Below, one piece after another: positions 63,099 to 64,000 of a DNA stretch of 64,000 nucleotides. The stretch's first letter is position 1. The number at the start of each line of letters is the position of its first letter. A program made the position numbers and the translations under genes. The DNA is from Eledone cirrhosa. Taxonomy: Eukaryota. The notes beneath the pieces were generated by a model. The model was not told the DNA's origin. It did not search any database and saw only the letters and a list, made by a program, of their open reading frames with translations. The stretch is from NCBI GenBank assembly GCA_964016885.1, contig OZ024740.1, positions 138,756,001 to 138,820,000 on the forward strand, written 5' to 3'.

Positions 63099-63402
63099 AT
63101 GGGAGAGTGTGTGTATAATACAAGAAGTTGTTAAGCATTGTTGATAATGCACATATGTTGTATGTGTGCAGGGACGTGACTATAGGATGGCATTATATAT
63201 ATATACCTGTGTGTGTGTGTGGTGTGTGTATGTGTCTAAATGTGTTAGAACTGCTGTGGGTGGGTGTCAGTATATGTGTGACATTATTTATGTAGATGCA
63301 TGAGTGTGGGTGCATCTGTTTGTGAAGTGTGATGTTTCTAAAATTATATTGTACGTTGTATGTATGCTTTTCAGTATGTAGTGCAGATGAATATCATTAT
63401 TA

Positions 63403-63750
63403 AACGGCCCTTGCCATTCTGAGTTCGAATCCCGCCGAGGTTAACTTTGCCTTTCATCCTTACGGGGTCGATAAAATAAAGTACCAGTAATGTACTGGGG
63501 TAATTGCTGGCCTTGTGCAAAAAAGTAGAGACAATTATTAATTGGCAAGGGCGAGGCATAAACAAATTTGGCAGAGTTTCAGATAAAATGCTTTGCAGTA
63601 TTGGTTCTGGCTCTTTACGTTCTGAGTTCAAATTAACCTTCATTCCTCCGGGGTCGATAAAAAAAAGTAACAGTAAATCACTGAATTGATTCAAGTGACC
63701 TTCCCTCACACCAAAATCACTGGCCTTGTGTTTAAATTAGAAACCATAAT
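63403..63750 (+). mobile_element. Two tandem S1-related SINEs
   Basis: 63403-63540 young truncated copy; 63565-63750 older copy. Confidence 0.8.
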
Positions 63751-64000
63751 TATTGTTGTTTTTGTTGTAGCTACCGAAGACGGAGTTTGAGAATCGCTCA
63801 AGTTATATAGGATTGTATAACAAACTGTATTAATTTCTCCCTCTACATCCTCCTCCAACTAAATCTAGCATTCATACAGTAAAACAGGTTTTTGTGGTAT
63901 TAAAATATTAAGGCATTACAGGCGATCTCACACTCGAGCAAAATTATGCATGTGTGCATGAGCGTATTTGTGCGTGCGCGTGTATGCATGCTATGTGAGC

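Overview
Eukaryotic, AT-rich, microsatellite-dense non-genic DNA. The SINE families and repeat landscape look like a coleoid cephalopod (octopus-like) genome; this is inference only. No intact host gene is evident. Non-LTR retrotransposons inserted in (AAT)n/(ATT)n tracts dominate the window: four Tx1/L1-clade copies (one with an intact 1145-aa APE-RT ORF2, one ORF1-only derivative) and several R4/Dong-like RT+restriction-like-endonuclease copies, packed into two multi-kb arrays. Also present: many tRNA-head SINEs, a 2-kb 26/28-bp satellite, a Ginger-like and a hAT-like non-autonomous DNA element, RTE remnants, and at least nine short fold-back (palindrome plus unpaired tail) inserts in (TA)n that carry partial or degenerate hammerhead motifs and are probably Penelope-like ends. 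Most notable: (i) a conserved AG|GTAAGT splice-donor consensus overlapping the Tx1 ORF1 stop, with an ORF1-only copy joined at that point to the ORF2 3' end; (ii) covarying 3'-UTR stem-loops across Tx1 families; (iii) the fold-back family with a fixed outer end and variable turn-around point. All alignments were made by eye and coordinates of decayed repeats are approximate.
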